Part shown: piece by piece, positions 1 to 12,197 of the stretch
How the letters are laid out: each line of letters begins with the position of its first letter
Numbering within the stretch: position 1 is the stretch's first letter
Origin: Octopus sinensis
Lineage: Eukaryota
Direction: 5' to 3'
Assembly (NCBI RefSeq): GCF_006345805.1
Contig: NC_043019.1
Coordinates: 32,177,360 to 32,241,359 of the forward strand
DNA length: 64,000 nucleotides
Notes under the pieces: generated by a model
The model's database searches: none
What the model was told of the DNA's origin: nothing
The model's input: only the letters and a program-made list of their open reading frames with translations
Translations under genes and position numbers: made by a program

Positions 1-329
1 CCAATAATACGCGGCGTGCTATATACAAGCTCGTCCGACTATTGTCTTATCAGAGACGTCTAACTTTTAATAGCTTACATTCAAAGCCTGTATATATATT
101 AAATATTTCACTATCACTCGTTGGATTCCACCACCCATCCACCAATAACCAAGACAGTACACTATGTATTGTGTGTGTGTGTGTATTTTTTACTAGTTTC
201 AACTCAAGAAGATCAGGGGCCATGGAAAACAATAATTTCAGAGAGATTGTCGTAACCAGGATTCAAATTTGGGGTCCTAACCACTAGATGATCGTCGTTT
301 ATACATGCATTTTATGTGTGTGTATATAT

Positions 330-539
330 ATATATGTTGATTCGCTAGCTTCTGCACGCATTTTTTTTCTCTCCTTGTTTCTTTCCGTGTTTCTTTTCTG
401 TGTATCTTTCTTTTGAAGAGCGTAGGCTCGAAACGTAAAAGACTTGTTTTATTTATATTCCTGAGCGCCATACTAATACAATTGTTTGTTTGTACTCCAC
501 CTGCATTCGTCTTTTGTTTATTTTCATAAAGCTTCCCGC

Positions 540-540
<1 letters not shown>
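330..540 (+). mobile_element. Penelope-like pseudo-LTR fragment with decayed hammerhead
   Basis: T-rich unit with ...GAAGAGCgtagGCTCGAAACGTAAAAGAC... then ttcctgagcgccatactaatac; related to 660-832, 10470-10626 and 58900-59023; ends in (TA)n. Confidence 0.6.
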
Positions 541-607
<67 letters not shown>

Positions 608-659
608 AAACCTTCTGTGACCCTTCTGTCCGGCAATCGCTATAATAGATCGGTAGCCA

Positions 660-832
660 CTACACACATTTTTTTCTCTCCTTGTTTTTCTTTGTGTGTC
701 CCTTTCTGTAGAAGAGCGTAGGCTCGAAACGTGAAAGACTTTTTCCAATTCCTGAGCGTTATACTAATACATCTGTTTGTTTTGTACACCACTTGTCCTC
801 GTCTTTTGCTTTGTTTTTTCGTGAGCTCTCCC
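660..832 (+). mobile_element. Penelope-like pseudo-LTR fragment (second copy)
   Basis: Same backbone as 330-540; ends ctctccc followed by (TA)n. Confidence 0.6.
702..737 (+). ncRNA. Minimal type I hammerhead-like motif, variant core CUGUAGA
   Basis: CTTT-CTGTAGA-A-GAGC gtag GCTC-GAAA-CG-TG-AAAG; stem I CTTT/AAAG, stem II GAGC/GCTC, palindromic ACGT stem III; GUG triplet predicts this copy is inactive. Confidence 0.55.
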
Positions 833-1344
833 TATATATATATATATATATAGATATATATATATATATTAAGGTATGTAGAAAAATACAACATGGACAA
901 GAACGTATAACTCATAGAAGACGATACAATAAAAGACGATACGAGATATATATATAGCTCGATTTATTCGTGATCAGAGTTGTTCGTAAACCGAGGTTCT
1001 ACTGTACGAATGTATCTATATATGCATATATGTGTGTGTGGCAGAGAAAATAGCGACTCATGCCGTTTACTTCCTTCCTAATCTCACTAGCTTCGCCTTT
1101 ATTAACGGCGCTGGTGATTGTGGTGGCGTTAACGATGTTTGCACTGATACTTGTTATCATCAGTTCTGGTGGCTGCTAGTCGTAGATGGATGTGATAAAG
1201 AGAGAACGGAGGTGGGGCACGTATTAGTGCTTAATGTTGTTGTTAGTGGTGGGGGTTCTTTTTAATGGCTGTTTTCTTCAACCCTAGGTCAGCCCTGGCC
1301 AGGCGAAACTATCACTGTGCTCATTGTGAGTGGCTTCAGGCGCA

Positions 1345-1692
1345 GGCGTAGGAGTGGCTGTGTGGTAAGTAGCTTGCTTACTAACCGCATCGTTCCGGGT
1401 TCAGTCCCACTGCGTGGCACCTTGGGCAAGTGTCTTCTACTGTAATCCTTGTGAGTGGATTTGGTAGACGGAAACTGAAAGAAGCCCGTCGTATATATGT
1501 CTTTGGGTGTGTGTGTTTGTCGCCCCCCACCATCGCTTGACAACGATATGTTTACGTCCCCGTAACTTAGCGGTTCTGCAAAAGAGACCGATAGAATAAG
1601 TACTAGGCTTACAAAGAAATAAGTCCTAGGGTCGATTTGTTCGACTATAGGCGGTGCTACAGCATGGCCGTAATCAAATGACAAATAAAAGT
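1345..1692 (+). mobile_element. SINE family A (tRNA-like head, CORE-like gcaccttgggcaag segment, internal microsatellite, ccagcatggccgcagtcaaatgactgaaacaagtaaaag tail)
   Basis: Matches more than 25 dispersed copies in the window. Confidence 0.85.
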
Positions 1693-1694
1693 AT

Positions 1695-1964
1695 ATTCTA
1701 TCGGTTATTTTGCCGAACCGCTAAGTTTTGGGGGCGTAAACACCCCCAGTTTCGTTTGTCAAGCGATAGTGAAGGGACAAACACAGACACATATACATAT
1801 GTACGACGGGCTTCTTTCACTTTCCATCTACCAAATTTCCATTCACAAGGCTTTGGTCGGCCCGAGGTTATAGTAGAAGACACTGCCCATGTTGTCACAC
1901 AATGGGACTGAACCCAGAACGATGTGGTTGTGAAACAAGCTGCCTTATCACACAGCCGCGCCTG
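1695..1964 (-). mobile_element. SINE family A, inverted, tail-to-tail with previous copy
   Basis: Reverse complement of family A head and second module. Confidence 0.8.
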
Positions 1965-3560
1965 ACTGGTTTATTTTATCGAACCCTGAATGATTGAAGG
2001 TAAAGTCGACCTCGGCGGCATTTGAACCTAAATTAACCGGAAGCAATACCGCTCATGATTTAGCCAGCTCGCCACCTTCAATACCGTAACTATCTCTACC
2101 CTTCAATGCAAAATACGCTTCAATTTACACTGTCTAAACGAAAAGGAATAACGGTTTTAAATGTTAACGTGGGTGCCAAAGCATATTGTTTTAAAGCGTT
2201 TCTGTAATATTTAAAACAAAAAAAAAGGGGGCCCGAGGTTACCTTGAGTTTGAATTACCTTCGTTATTAAAGGCCACACTTAACGCCCTTGAAATTTGTG
2301 TCTACTGATAATTATATATATATATATATATATACACACGTACATGCATACATACATACATACATACATACACAAACATTAATTAAAAGGCCAATTTATA
2401 ATTTTTATTTCTTGCTTTAATGGTTATAATTGCATTTTCATAATGAATGCAATTACATTTTTCAGTGTATTTAATTAAATTTTCTACGTTTGGGTGTTTA
2501 TTAAATTAAGTCAATTAGCCGCTGCCTTCATAGATAAAATAGATATGATAGAACAAAGGATAGACAAGCAACAGATATCGAGTCCAGATTATGACAAAGA
2601 ACATTTAGAGAAAGAAAAAATGCGTGAAGTAGTACAGTAAATAAGTTGCAGGGACGAAGCTGTCTGGTACGAGACCTAGAGAAGGAATCTGGCTTCGATA
2701 ATGCCTGCATGATAAACTCATTCAACCGTATCTCACCATAGCATGTCTGGTGATTCACCAAACGCATTCGGCTCGTTGAAACACACCGCTGAATTGATGC
2801 TAGCGATACACAAAAACGTAATGGTACTTCGTGGTACTTTTTAGCATGGTGGAAATATCCCATAGGAAGAAAGTTCCTTTCGGTTAACTTCAGTGTTATG
2901 TCCCCTACGATTCTCAGGTGCCTTGCTGTCTTTTGAGAGGTTCGCCATTTCTTCACAATGCAGTACCGGAATGTTATCCGGCAAGCTTGGGGCCGGAAGA
3001 AATACCGTATGCAGATTATCTAACATCAAAAACAGGGTGTTTACCCAATACAGGTTACTGTGTATTGTGTGGATATTGCATAGTATTATCCGTATCTCTG
3101 AGAATTCCGTAATTTTGGAAGCTTGATAAGAAATCCGATATTGTATATAATTTCAAAGTTTTCGTCTTCTATATTTTCCGACTGTTGTCATTGTCTTCAA
3201 CGTCATTTTAAAGATAGTGAGAAACCTTGAGATTAACTTGGCTAGGACCTGGAAATAAAGATGGTTGGCAAAGTTTCATCCTTTGATGTGCTCCTGTGGA
3301 CCTTCCCTCGCCTTGATTCAACACCATAGCATCATTCCAGGTCTTGCTTTAACTACATGTATTGTCGTTCTGTGTAGCCCCTTTTCACCTGTGATTTGAA
3401 CACATCTGATTAATGATATTTTGGCCGAGACGATCAGTTCCTAAAATAAAATTTTTTTAAAGTATCATGCACTACATATTTAATGTTTAATCCCTCTGTC
3501 CCCTTTTTCTCCAAACTGCATTGTTATTTGAAGCCGGGACCGCAAACCAGCACCAGAACG

Positions 3561-3970
3561 GGATCTTTTCGGTTTGAACGGCAGTTTTTACTAGCTGTGT
3601 CATATGACATTGTCACCCATAATTATGACCCTAGTATCGATCTATACATTTCAATCTGTTTTAGTTTAGGGTTAGGGGGGGGGGGGAAGGTATCTTTTTT
3701 TCTTCACAATGAAATAAACCCAATCTGTTTCTTAAACGAGGGACATATTCATACGCACAGAATGTTTTCACTTCAATAGACGTCATTGATTGGTTTAAAT
3801 TGCAGAAATTGAAGAAAAAACAACAAATATCTTACAAACTATGGAATTTTTTTAATAAAGCCAAGAGAAAAAGATGTTTTATAAACTCATTCTACGAGTA
3901 TACGAAGTTTAAAAGTGTTTAGTTACGTGGAAATTATTTAAAAAAACTGCCGGTCAAACCGAAAAGATCC
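3561..3970. mobile_element. MITE with 29-bp TIRs and 8-bp TSD (Merlin-like)
   Basis: TIR GGATCTTTTCGGTTTGAACGGCAGTTTTT / AAAAACTGCCGGTCAAACCGAAAAGATCC (1 mismatch); flanks CCAGAACG / CCAGACCG. Confidence 0.75.
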
Positions 3971-3978
3971 CCAGACCG

Positions 3979-4211
3979 TGGGTCATTTGGTATCAACCTA
4001 TACAGAAAAAACAAATTTTCATTGACGATCGCCTCAGCTATTTTTGCATTATATACCTATTATATTTGTCATAATAAAATCATATCATATAAATAAATTT
4101 AGATATTATACTCATGTTTTGTTATGCGCGTGGTCCTTTGGTCTATGGGAAAATTTGACTTCCATGAAAAGGGTTCGTGGTGCAGAAAATAAAAAGGTTG
4201 GGGGCACCGCT
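3979..4211 (-). mobile_element. hAT-like MITE end
   Basis: Minus strand begins CAGCGGTGCCCCCAACCTTTTT, resembling hAT/Charlie-type termini; partner end not found. Confidence 0.4.
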
Positions 4212-4528
4212 GAACACTGATTTAAAGGATATTTGACTACTATTTCAAGTAGCTTATAGTACCACGTAGAAGTTCTCTTGCTGGGTCTCTCCGCATGTAC
4301 GTCTGTGTATACGTACGTGAGAGAGAGAGAGAAAGGCGGGGAGAGAAAGAAAGAGATATGGCAGGGTTTGGTAGGGAGAATGTAATCTGCCAGTCCAGCT
4401 TTAAATGTCGCACTCTATTGATTTGATTTTCTTCTCTTCTTTTTTGTTATACTTTTTTTTTATATATGTATTTTCTGCTGTCGTATGTCGGCCTAATACA
4501 TTCATATTCACAGCGGGTCGCCTCTTAC

Positions 4529-4790
4529 CCGTCGTCGACCACACAAACCCAATTTTTACAACTGCCGGCAGTGGACTGGTGTTCGGCACATTTGTAGATC
4601 ATTATTTGTACAGCGGGCACACTCTATTTGCCCATAGCCGGCAGGCTGGCTGGCTGGCTGCTTGGCTGCTGGACTTATGGTGCAGCAGGGCAGGCAGGCA
4701 GGCACACAGAGCAGCAGACAGAGCAAAGGGGTTAGGCGGGAGGACGGCGCGGACCGCTCGCTTTGTCTGATTGGTGGTGGAGAGATGTAT
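4529..4790 (-). promoter_or_regulatory. Candidate promoter and first exon of a gene running leftwards
   Basis: CpG-rich island in AT-rich DNA; CCAAT on minus strand (4769-4773); GC box GGCGGG near 4735; minus-strand donor CGG|GTAAGA at 4529/4528. Confidence 0.4.
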
Positions 4791-5104
4791 GCAAGTAGGG
4801 TGTATATGTGTGTGTATGTATGTATATATATATATATATATATTTACACATACATATCACACGCACATGCGCGTGGTCCATGTCCAATCCTTGCTGCTCA
4901 TTCACACACACATAGACTGTGCAACTTTGGTGATTCCAGCTTTTGTTTTTGGGGTTTTTTCCCCCATTTCTATAGCGTGTTCTTTTTCTTTCTACCTCCT
5001 ACTCTGTAATATCGCTCTCTCAAACACATTCTCTCTTTCTATTCTGTTTTCTGTCGCGGTTATTTTTTTTCAGTTGTATTTTCTGGTTATCTAGCTAGCT
5101 GCGA

Positions 5105-5535
<431 letters not shown>

Positions 5536-5969
5536 TGCCATACGCACCTAATGAAAAGGTTGACTGTGAGTTCGAAGTTTACAGGATATGGACTTCCTTC
5601 ATGTAAAAAAAAAAATGTCCTGCCTTTCCTGATTTCATTTGGCTGTCGTCAAATATGATCGTACATAAAAGGCATATTTATATGTCTGTCTGTTGGAAGG
5701 AGGTCTGCAGGTTCTAGTCACAGATTTTGAACTTCAAAAGTCTGGTCCCCCTGAGTTTTTAAGAATTTGGGTCAGATATGATTTGATTTCCTGTGAAATT
5801 ATTCTTACTCAAAAAAAAATAAATAATCATTTTATAAAAATGTTGCTTCCATACCTAGTGAATTGCAAATATCGAAGTAGTGTGTGTGTGTGTGTGTATG
5901 TGTATCTGTATGTGTATAACCACAAGTGGATCGATTTTTGGTTTTTCTTCTTCTTTGGACTTGTTTCAC

Positions 5970-6005
5970 CTTTCCGACGAAGAGCCTGTGCTCGAAACAT
6001 CAAAA
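5970..6005 (+). ncRNA. Hammerhead-like motif, core CCGACGA, in a Penelope-like fragment
   Basis: TTT-CCGACGA-A-GAGC ctgt GCTC-GAAA-CA-TC-AAA; stem III decayed from ACGT to ACAT. Confidence 0.5.
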
Positions 6006-6463
6006 AAACTCTCTCCTTTCTCCTAGAGTCAAACTAATATAATTCTTGTGCACGTCCTCGCGTTCGTTTGTTTCTTTTCGTTTTTTATTCGTTGTTTTGA
6101 ATTGTTTGTTCATTGAATTGACTCTCTCTCTCAATAAGAAATAGTGGTACAGCAAGGCACCAGTGTTTGCTGGAAATAGCAGCCGATAACGATACAACGC
6201 TCTCTAGGAAGAGTATCAGAAAAAAGGACAATCCAGAATGGATAATCTGGGACCCAAGTTTATATATATAGTTAATCCAAACATGAAAACACAAAGAGAA
6301 ACCACAACAACGCGAGGACATGGAACAAGTATAGTGTTATTGGACGCTCAGGAAAGAAGGGTTTTAACATTTCAAGCAGAGCTCTTCGTCAGAAACATAG
6401 GAAAAGCCAAAGACAAAGGGGAAGGTGGAGGAAAAAAAATTCGCCACCGTACACCACTCGGTC

Positions 6464-6518
<55 letters not shown>

Positions 6519-6841
6519 GATGATTTGTGTGTTGGTGTATATATTTTCATAAATATCCTTGTGGCCCAGGACGACTGCTCGAGTCGAGTAGCAAGTATAC
6601 CATGAGCCAACCCTGGGCTGCTGAAAAGATCCTGGCTTTGGGTTAAGAGAAAATACAGGAGAATCAGTCCATTATGATTTTATTCAACGTATTTCCCTCT
6701 CAAATCTCCACACTCCTTGCAGCGGCCCTTCAGTTTTTCGTAGCCCTGTAAAAGAACTCAAGAGGGTTGCTACACCAACCGAGCCTTTTATGATACTCTT
6801 AAAATCAGGAACTGCTCAGCACCTCAGATTCCCAGAGTAAT

Positions 6842-7056
6842 ACTCTCTTTTACTCTCTTTTACTTGTTTCAGTCATTTGACTGCGGCCATGCTGGAGCAC
6901 CGCCTTTAATCGAGAAACTCGACCCCGGGACTTATTCTTTTGTAAGCCCAGTACTTATTCTATCGGTCTCTTTTGCCGAACCGCTAAGTAACAGGGACAT
7001 AAACACACCAGCATCGGTTGTCAAGCAATGCTAGGGGGACAAATACAGACACACAA

Positions 7057-7091
<35 letters not shown>

Positions 7092-7266
7092 CACATATTT
7101 ACGACGGGCTTCTTTCAGTTTCCGTCTACCAAATCCACTCACAAGGCTTTGGTCGGCCCGAGGCTATAGTAGAAGACACTTGGCCAAGGTGCCACGCAGT
7201 GGGACTGAACCCCGGAACCATGTGGTTGGTAAACAAGCTACTTACCACACAGCCACTCCTGCGCCT
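6842..7266 (-). mobile_element. SINE family A, full length
   Basis: Complete head to tail with duplicated actctctttt tail unit. Confidence 0.85.
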
Positions 7267-7773
7267 ATATGGAGAAATGTGTCACATCTAATACAAAGGA
7301 GGCAGTTGGAGGGGTTAATATTGATTGTACAAATGGGCCCCTTTTTTTTTTTCATATGAGCTGCAACTAAATAATGTTTCTGTCTGTGTTTGAGTCGATG
7401 CATGATTGTCATCATCATTTAGCATCCGTTTTCCTTACTGGCATGTGTATACAATGTATGTATATATGTGTATATGTATTTATGTATATGTCTGTGTATG
7501 TATGTATGTATGTCTGTGTGTGTGTGTGCATATATATGTATAAATATATTACGTCTGTGTGTGTGCTCGCATATATGTATAGATATATTATGTATATATC
7601 TGTATGTATATATATCACACACAAACATAACAGTATGTACTTAAATATTATTACGTGTGTGTGTGGTGTGGTGGTGAATAGATTTCATAAAAGTGACTAT
7701 TTTTATTCTTTCATTTCTCTTCCTCTCCCCAAAAAATTGTAAATGGTTTTTGCATCTTTACATAGGAACATAT

Positions 7774-7807
<34 letters not shown>

Positions 7808-7845
7808 CGTATACATAAATATATATATATATACACGTATACATG

Positions 7846-7892
<47 letters not shown>

Positions 7893-8415
7893 GTATACAT
7901 GAAATATATATAATACGTATACATGAAATTTATGTATATATATACATACATCATATATATATATATGTGTAGATGGTGTTTTTATTTTATTTTTTTGTTA
8001 GTTTTTTTTTTTGCCTCCTCCACACAGTACTCGCAACCCTACGCACTACCCCACCCACTTCCCCCATTCCAATCTCCAGTCTGTTTCCTGTGACATTTAC
8101 CCCCTTGTCAACCAGAACTTGGAAATTCTGTACCTCCCCCTCTTGTCACCCTGGCACCAGCATCACACCCTCCTCCGCATTTGTTTCAACAACTACTACT
8201 ACTACCACCATCACCACCACCACTGCTGTTGTTGCTGCCACTGCCAATACCACTAAATGATGATGATGATGATGATGATGATGCTTAGTCCTGTGTGTGT
8301 GTGTGTGTGTGTGTGGTGTACGCACATACACTCATGGAATTTTTGTTGGAAGCTTGACATCTCTACACTTATGTTGTAGTGCTTTTCGGAGGGGTTTGAG
8401 TGAGAATTTGAAGGG

Positions 8416-8451
<36 letters not shown>

Positions 8452-8516
8452 GTGACAAACACAGATAATGTTCTTTAAAGTTAGGAATTATAATTGTTAA
8501 TTGTGATGCCAGTTGT

Positions 8517-8572
<56 letters not shown>

Positions 8573-8580
8573 TACATATA

Positions 8581-8614
<34 letters not shown>

Positions 8615-8617
<3 letters not shown>

Positions 8618-9065
8618 TTAGCATCATCATTTAATGTTTGTTGTCCATGCTGGCATGGGTTGGATGGTGTGACCAGAGATGTCAAGCTGGTGGGGGCAGC
8701 ACTAGACTCCAGTCTGATTTGACATGGCTTCTATGACTGAATGCCCTTTCTAGCACCAACCACTTTACAGAGTGTGGTAGGGCTTATATATACATATATA
8801 TAGATAGATAGATAGATATGTATATATATATATATATAGATATATATATATCATTAGCATCATCATTTAATGTTTGTTGTCCATGCTGGCATGGGTTGGA
8901 TGGTGTGACCAGAGATGTCAAGCTGGTGGGGGCAGCACTAGACTCCAGTCTGATTTGACATGGCTTCTATGACTGAATGCCCTTTCTAGCACCAACCACT
9001 TTACAGAGTGTGGTAGGTGCTTATATATACATATATATAGATAGATAGATAGATATGTATATATA
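8615..9065 (-). repeat. 236-bp tandem duplication of a family C SINE tail fragment plus microsatellite
   Basis: tcattagcatcatcatttaatg... starts at 8615 and 8851, near-identical. Confidence 0.9.
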
Positions 9066-9114
9066 TACATATATAAAAGCACCCAAAATATAACTACACA
9101 TGGATATTTTTATT

Positions 9115-9495
9115 GTTTTGTCATTTGATTGTGGCCATGCTGGAGCACTGCCTTTAGTCAAAGAAATCGACCCCAGGACTTATTCTTTGTAAGCCTTAGT
9201 ACTTATTCTATCGGCCTCTTTAGCCGAACCCCTAAGTTACTGGGACGTCAACACACCAGCATCGATTGTCAAGCAATGTTGGGGGACAAACACACACATA
9301 CAGACACAGACACACACACACATATATGTGTATGATGGCTTCTCTCAGTTTCCGTCTACCAAATCCACTCACAAGGCTTTGGTCGGCCCAAGGCTATAGT
9401 AGAGGACGCTTGCCCAAGATGCCATGCACTGGGACTGAACCCAGAACCATGTGGTTGGTAAGCAAGCTACTTTCCACTCAGCCACTCCTGCACCT
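9115..9495 (-). mobile_element. SINE family A
   Basis: Family A consensus, reverse strand. Confidence 0.8.
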
Positions 9496-9682
9496 ATTGT
9501 TGACAATTTTTTTTTCTCTCCATCTTTTGGACTTTCCTCTCTCTCCTGTTTCCGAAGAAAAGCTTTGCTCAAAATGTGTAAAACATTCTTTCCTTCCTTC
9601 CCCAAGCATCTTTTTAACACTTTGCATGTACTATGTCCTAGCATTGTTGTTTTTTTTTCTTGTTGCCCTTTTTTCTCCATCT

Positions 9683-9866
9683 GTGGCACGTAAAAAGCAC
9701 CCACTACACTCTCGGAGTGGTTGGTGTTAGGAAGGGCATCCAGCGGTAGAAACTCTGCCAAATCAAGATTGGAGCCTGGTGCAGCCATCTGGTTCGCCAG
9801 CCCTCAGTCAAAATCGTCCAACCCATGCTAGCATGGAAAGCGGACATTAACGATGATGATGATGAT
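9683..9866 (+). mobile_element. SINE family C (ttggcgttaggaagggcatccagc domain; agcatggaaagcggacgttaaacgatgatgat RTE-like tail)
   Basis: Shared with 24095-24400, 41085-41226, 46310-46778, 60793-61286 and several minus-strand copies. Confidence 0.8.
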
Positions 9867-10499
9867 ATATATATATATATAATATATACATATTTGTGTA
9901 TGTGTGTTCTGTTATTAATGGTCCCCACCACCACCACTGTATGTGTGGTTTTAGCGAAGGGTAAGATATGAACCAAATAAGAAGAAAGGGTTTAACACAT
10001 CTTTAAGGACCAGTTACAATTGTTTCTCTAAACTCTGTTTTTGGACACCATTGTATTCTGAAAGTTCAACATAAGAAGTCCTGTTATAGCGGCATTTACT
10101 TATTTGTATCCAAAAGTGCACTCCTTCATTGTGCATCTATCTGCTAAGTGTTTATTTTGCTTATATCCGGGGGGGAAGAAACGAGAAGTATAAACAACAA
10201 TAAAATAAAATTGCGAAATGACAAAACATGCAATAGACAAGCATTACCAAAACAGATAGAGATGAGCTAAGAAGAAGAAGGAGAAGGGCTCCATATCATT
10301 ACTCTTCCTGGACCTTAGTGTGTGTATGAGAAAGAGTATGTGTGTGTGTGTGTGTATGTACTCTCCCCATATATCACATGCTCACGTAGTCGCACATGTT
10401 GATCCTGTCGTTTCTTACCACACACGAACTTCTTCACTGGACTCTTTATCTACTCTTTATCTACCCTTTACGGATTCTCTCCTTGTTTTTTCTGTGTCC

Positions 10500-10535
10500 C
10501 TTTTTGTAGAAGAGCATAGGCTCGAAACGTAAAAG
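10500..10535 (+). ncRNA. Hammerhead-like motif of the CUGUAGA family, in a Penelope-like fragment (10470-10626)
   Basis: CTTT-TTGTAGA-A-GAGC atag GCTC-GAAA-CG-TA-AAAG. Confidence 0.5.
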
Positions 10536-10621
10536 ACTTTTTCTATTCCTGAGCGTTATACTAATACATCTGTTTGTTTTATACACCACCAACTTCGTCT
10601 TTTGTTTTCTTCGTAAACTCT

Positions 10622-10656
<35 letters not shown>

Positions 10657-11148
10657 ATAAATGATAGAAAATTGAATGAACATTTATATATTTATATAAA
10701 TTCAAAGGATACTATGGAATTCTTAATGTATATCCAAGAGCAAGAACACTTCCACTGTATGATGACATCAGTTAGCCAATAACTGTGGATGAGCTTTGTA
10801 GAGCATTGTACATGGATTTTATTTAACAACACACACACACACACATATATATATGATAGACTCTTCTGTCAAAGACAGAGCGTTCAGCTGTTTTGCCCCA
10901 AACAACCTGCTCGAATGATTTGTTTATAGGGATCAAATATGTCCTGTACATTAACTCCCTCCTTCCATCAAATTGATGTTGCCTGTACAGGTGCATGGTA
11001 TATTACACGTCAGGTGTTGAAGTGATCACCAAAACATGATGAGATGAAGTATTTTGCTCCAGGTCATAACACACCACCAGGTGCGATCATGGGTGCCGCA
11101 CCCTAACCACTAGGCTATGCGTTCTCACACACACACACACATAATATA

Positions 11149-11340
11149 CAGGGTGGCCTAAAAGTAGGTTTACAGTTATCACATAGGCACTTCAAATTTC
11201 TTTGAAAACATTTTATTTCATTCAAATTCCCATCCTACAAACTGAAAAGGGAGCTTGACAAAATGAACTAAATTAGCATAATTAGCATAATGGTTTTAGA
11301 TTTTTTTTTTTATAATTAAGATCTAAACTGTTAATTTTTT
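11149..11340 (+). mobile_element. Tc1/mariner-like MITE, left part
   Basis: TA-CAGGGTGGCCTAAAAGTAGG terminus, homologous to 36242-36679. Confidence 0.65.
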
Positions 11341-11966
11341 AACCACTATGTGGAAACCCTTATGCTAGAAAAAGATCCAGCATGGTCTCAACCACTAAGA
11401 ATTGTTCTCCAGAAAATTTTGCACACCAGAAGCGTAAGCAAGCAAGACAAATGAAAAATAACAAAAATATAGATTAATCACAAACAATTGTTTCACTATC
11501 AATAAATTACATAATTTTACTTACACAATTTTATCTGTAGATCATCAGTGTGATCCCCTTTGCATATATATATATAAAAATTTAGATGTATTTCATATAT
11601 ATTATATCTTAATGCCAAAACACTCTGCAGAGTGATTGTCAATAAAATAGAAGTAAAATTCTTTGTGTGGCTTGGTACCAAATGGTCCACAGCCTGGAGC
11701 TGGCCACGTGGTAGGGGACTTCTGCCTTAACCCTATTAGCGTTGGAATTGCTCTGCCAAATGTAAAGCTTATTTATTCATATTGTGTTTGAATTAGTTAT
11801 GTATTGCCTCATAAGCTTTGAGATTTCAGTGATATTATTGCCTACTGTTAGGAAGACATTGTAGAGCAGGTGTGAGAGGCTTCGTTATTTTGTAATGAGG
11901 AATACCATTTTTATATGAAATAAAGATTTTATTAGATTGACAACTAAAGGTGCCTCGGTCTTTTTA

Positions 11967-12197
11967 AAGGCGGTGAGCTGGCAGAAATGTTAGCACGCCA
12001 GGCGAAATGCTTAGCGGTATTTCGTCTGCCACTACGTTCTGAGTTCAAATTCCGCTGAGGTCGACTTTGCCTTTCATCATTTCGGGGTCAATTAAATAAG
12101 TACCAGTTATGCACTGGGTCAATATAATCAACTTAATCTGTTTGTTTGTCCTCTCTGTGTTCAGCCCCTTGTGGGTAGTAAAGAAATAGGTATTTCA
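11967..12197 (+). mobile_element. SINE family B monomer (ggcgagctggcagaaacgttagc head; gtcgactttgcctttcatcctttcggggtcgat central domain, Meta-like)
   Basis: B-box-like gagttcaaattcc; about 10 copies in window; ends aaagaaataggtatttc. Confidence 0.85.

Noticed and set aside
25-60. Hammerhead on minus strand (CTGATAA-GAC aata GTC-GGAC)
   Set aside because: G8 and GAAA both disrupted; no stem I or III
8028-8260. Candidate exon after a polypyrimidine tract and CAG
   Set aside because: No donor and no recognisable peptide; runs into trinucleotide repeats
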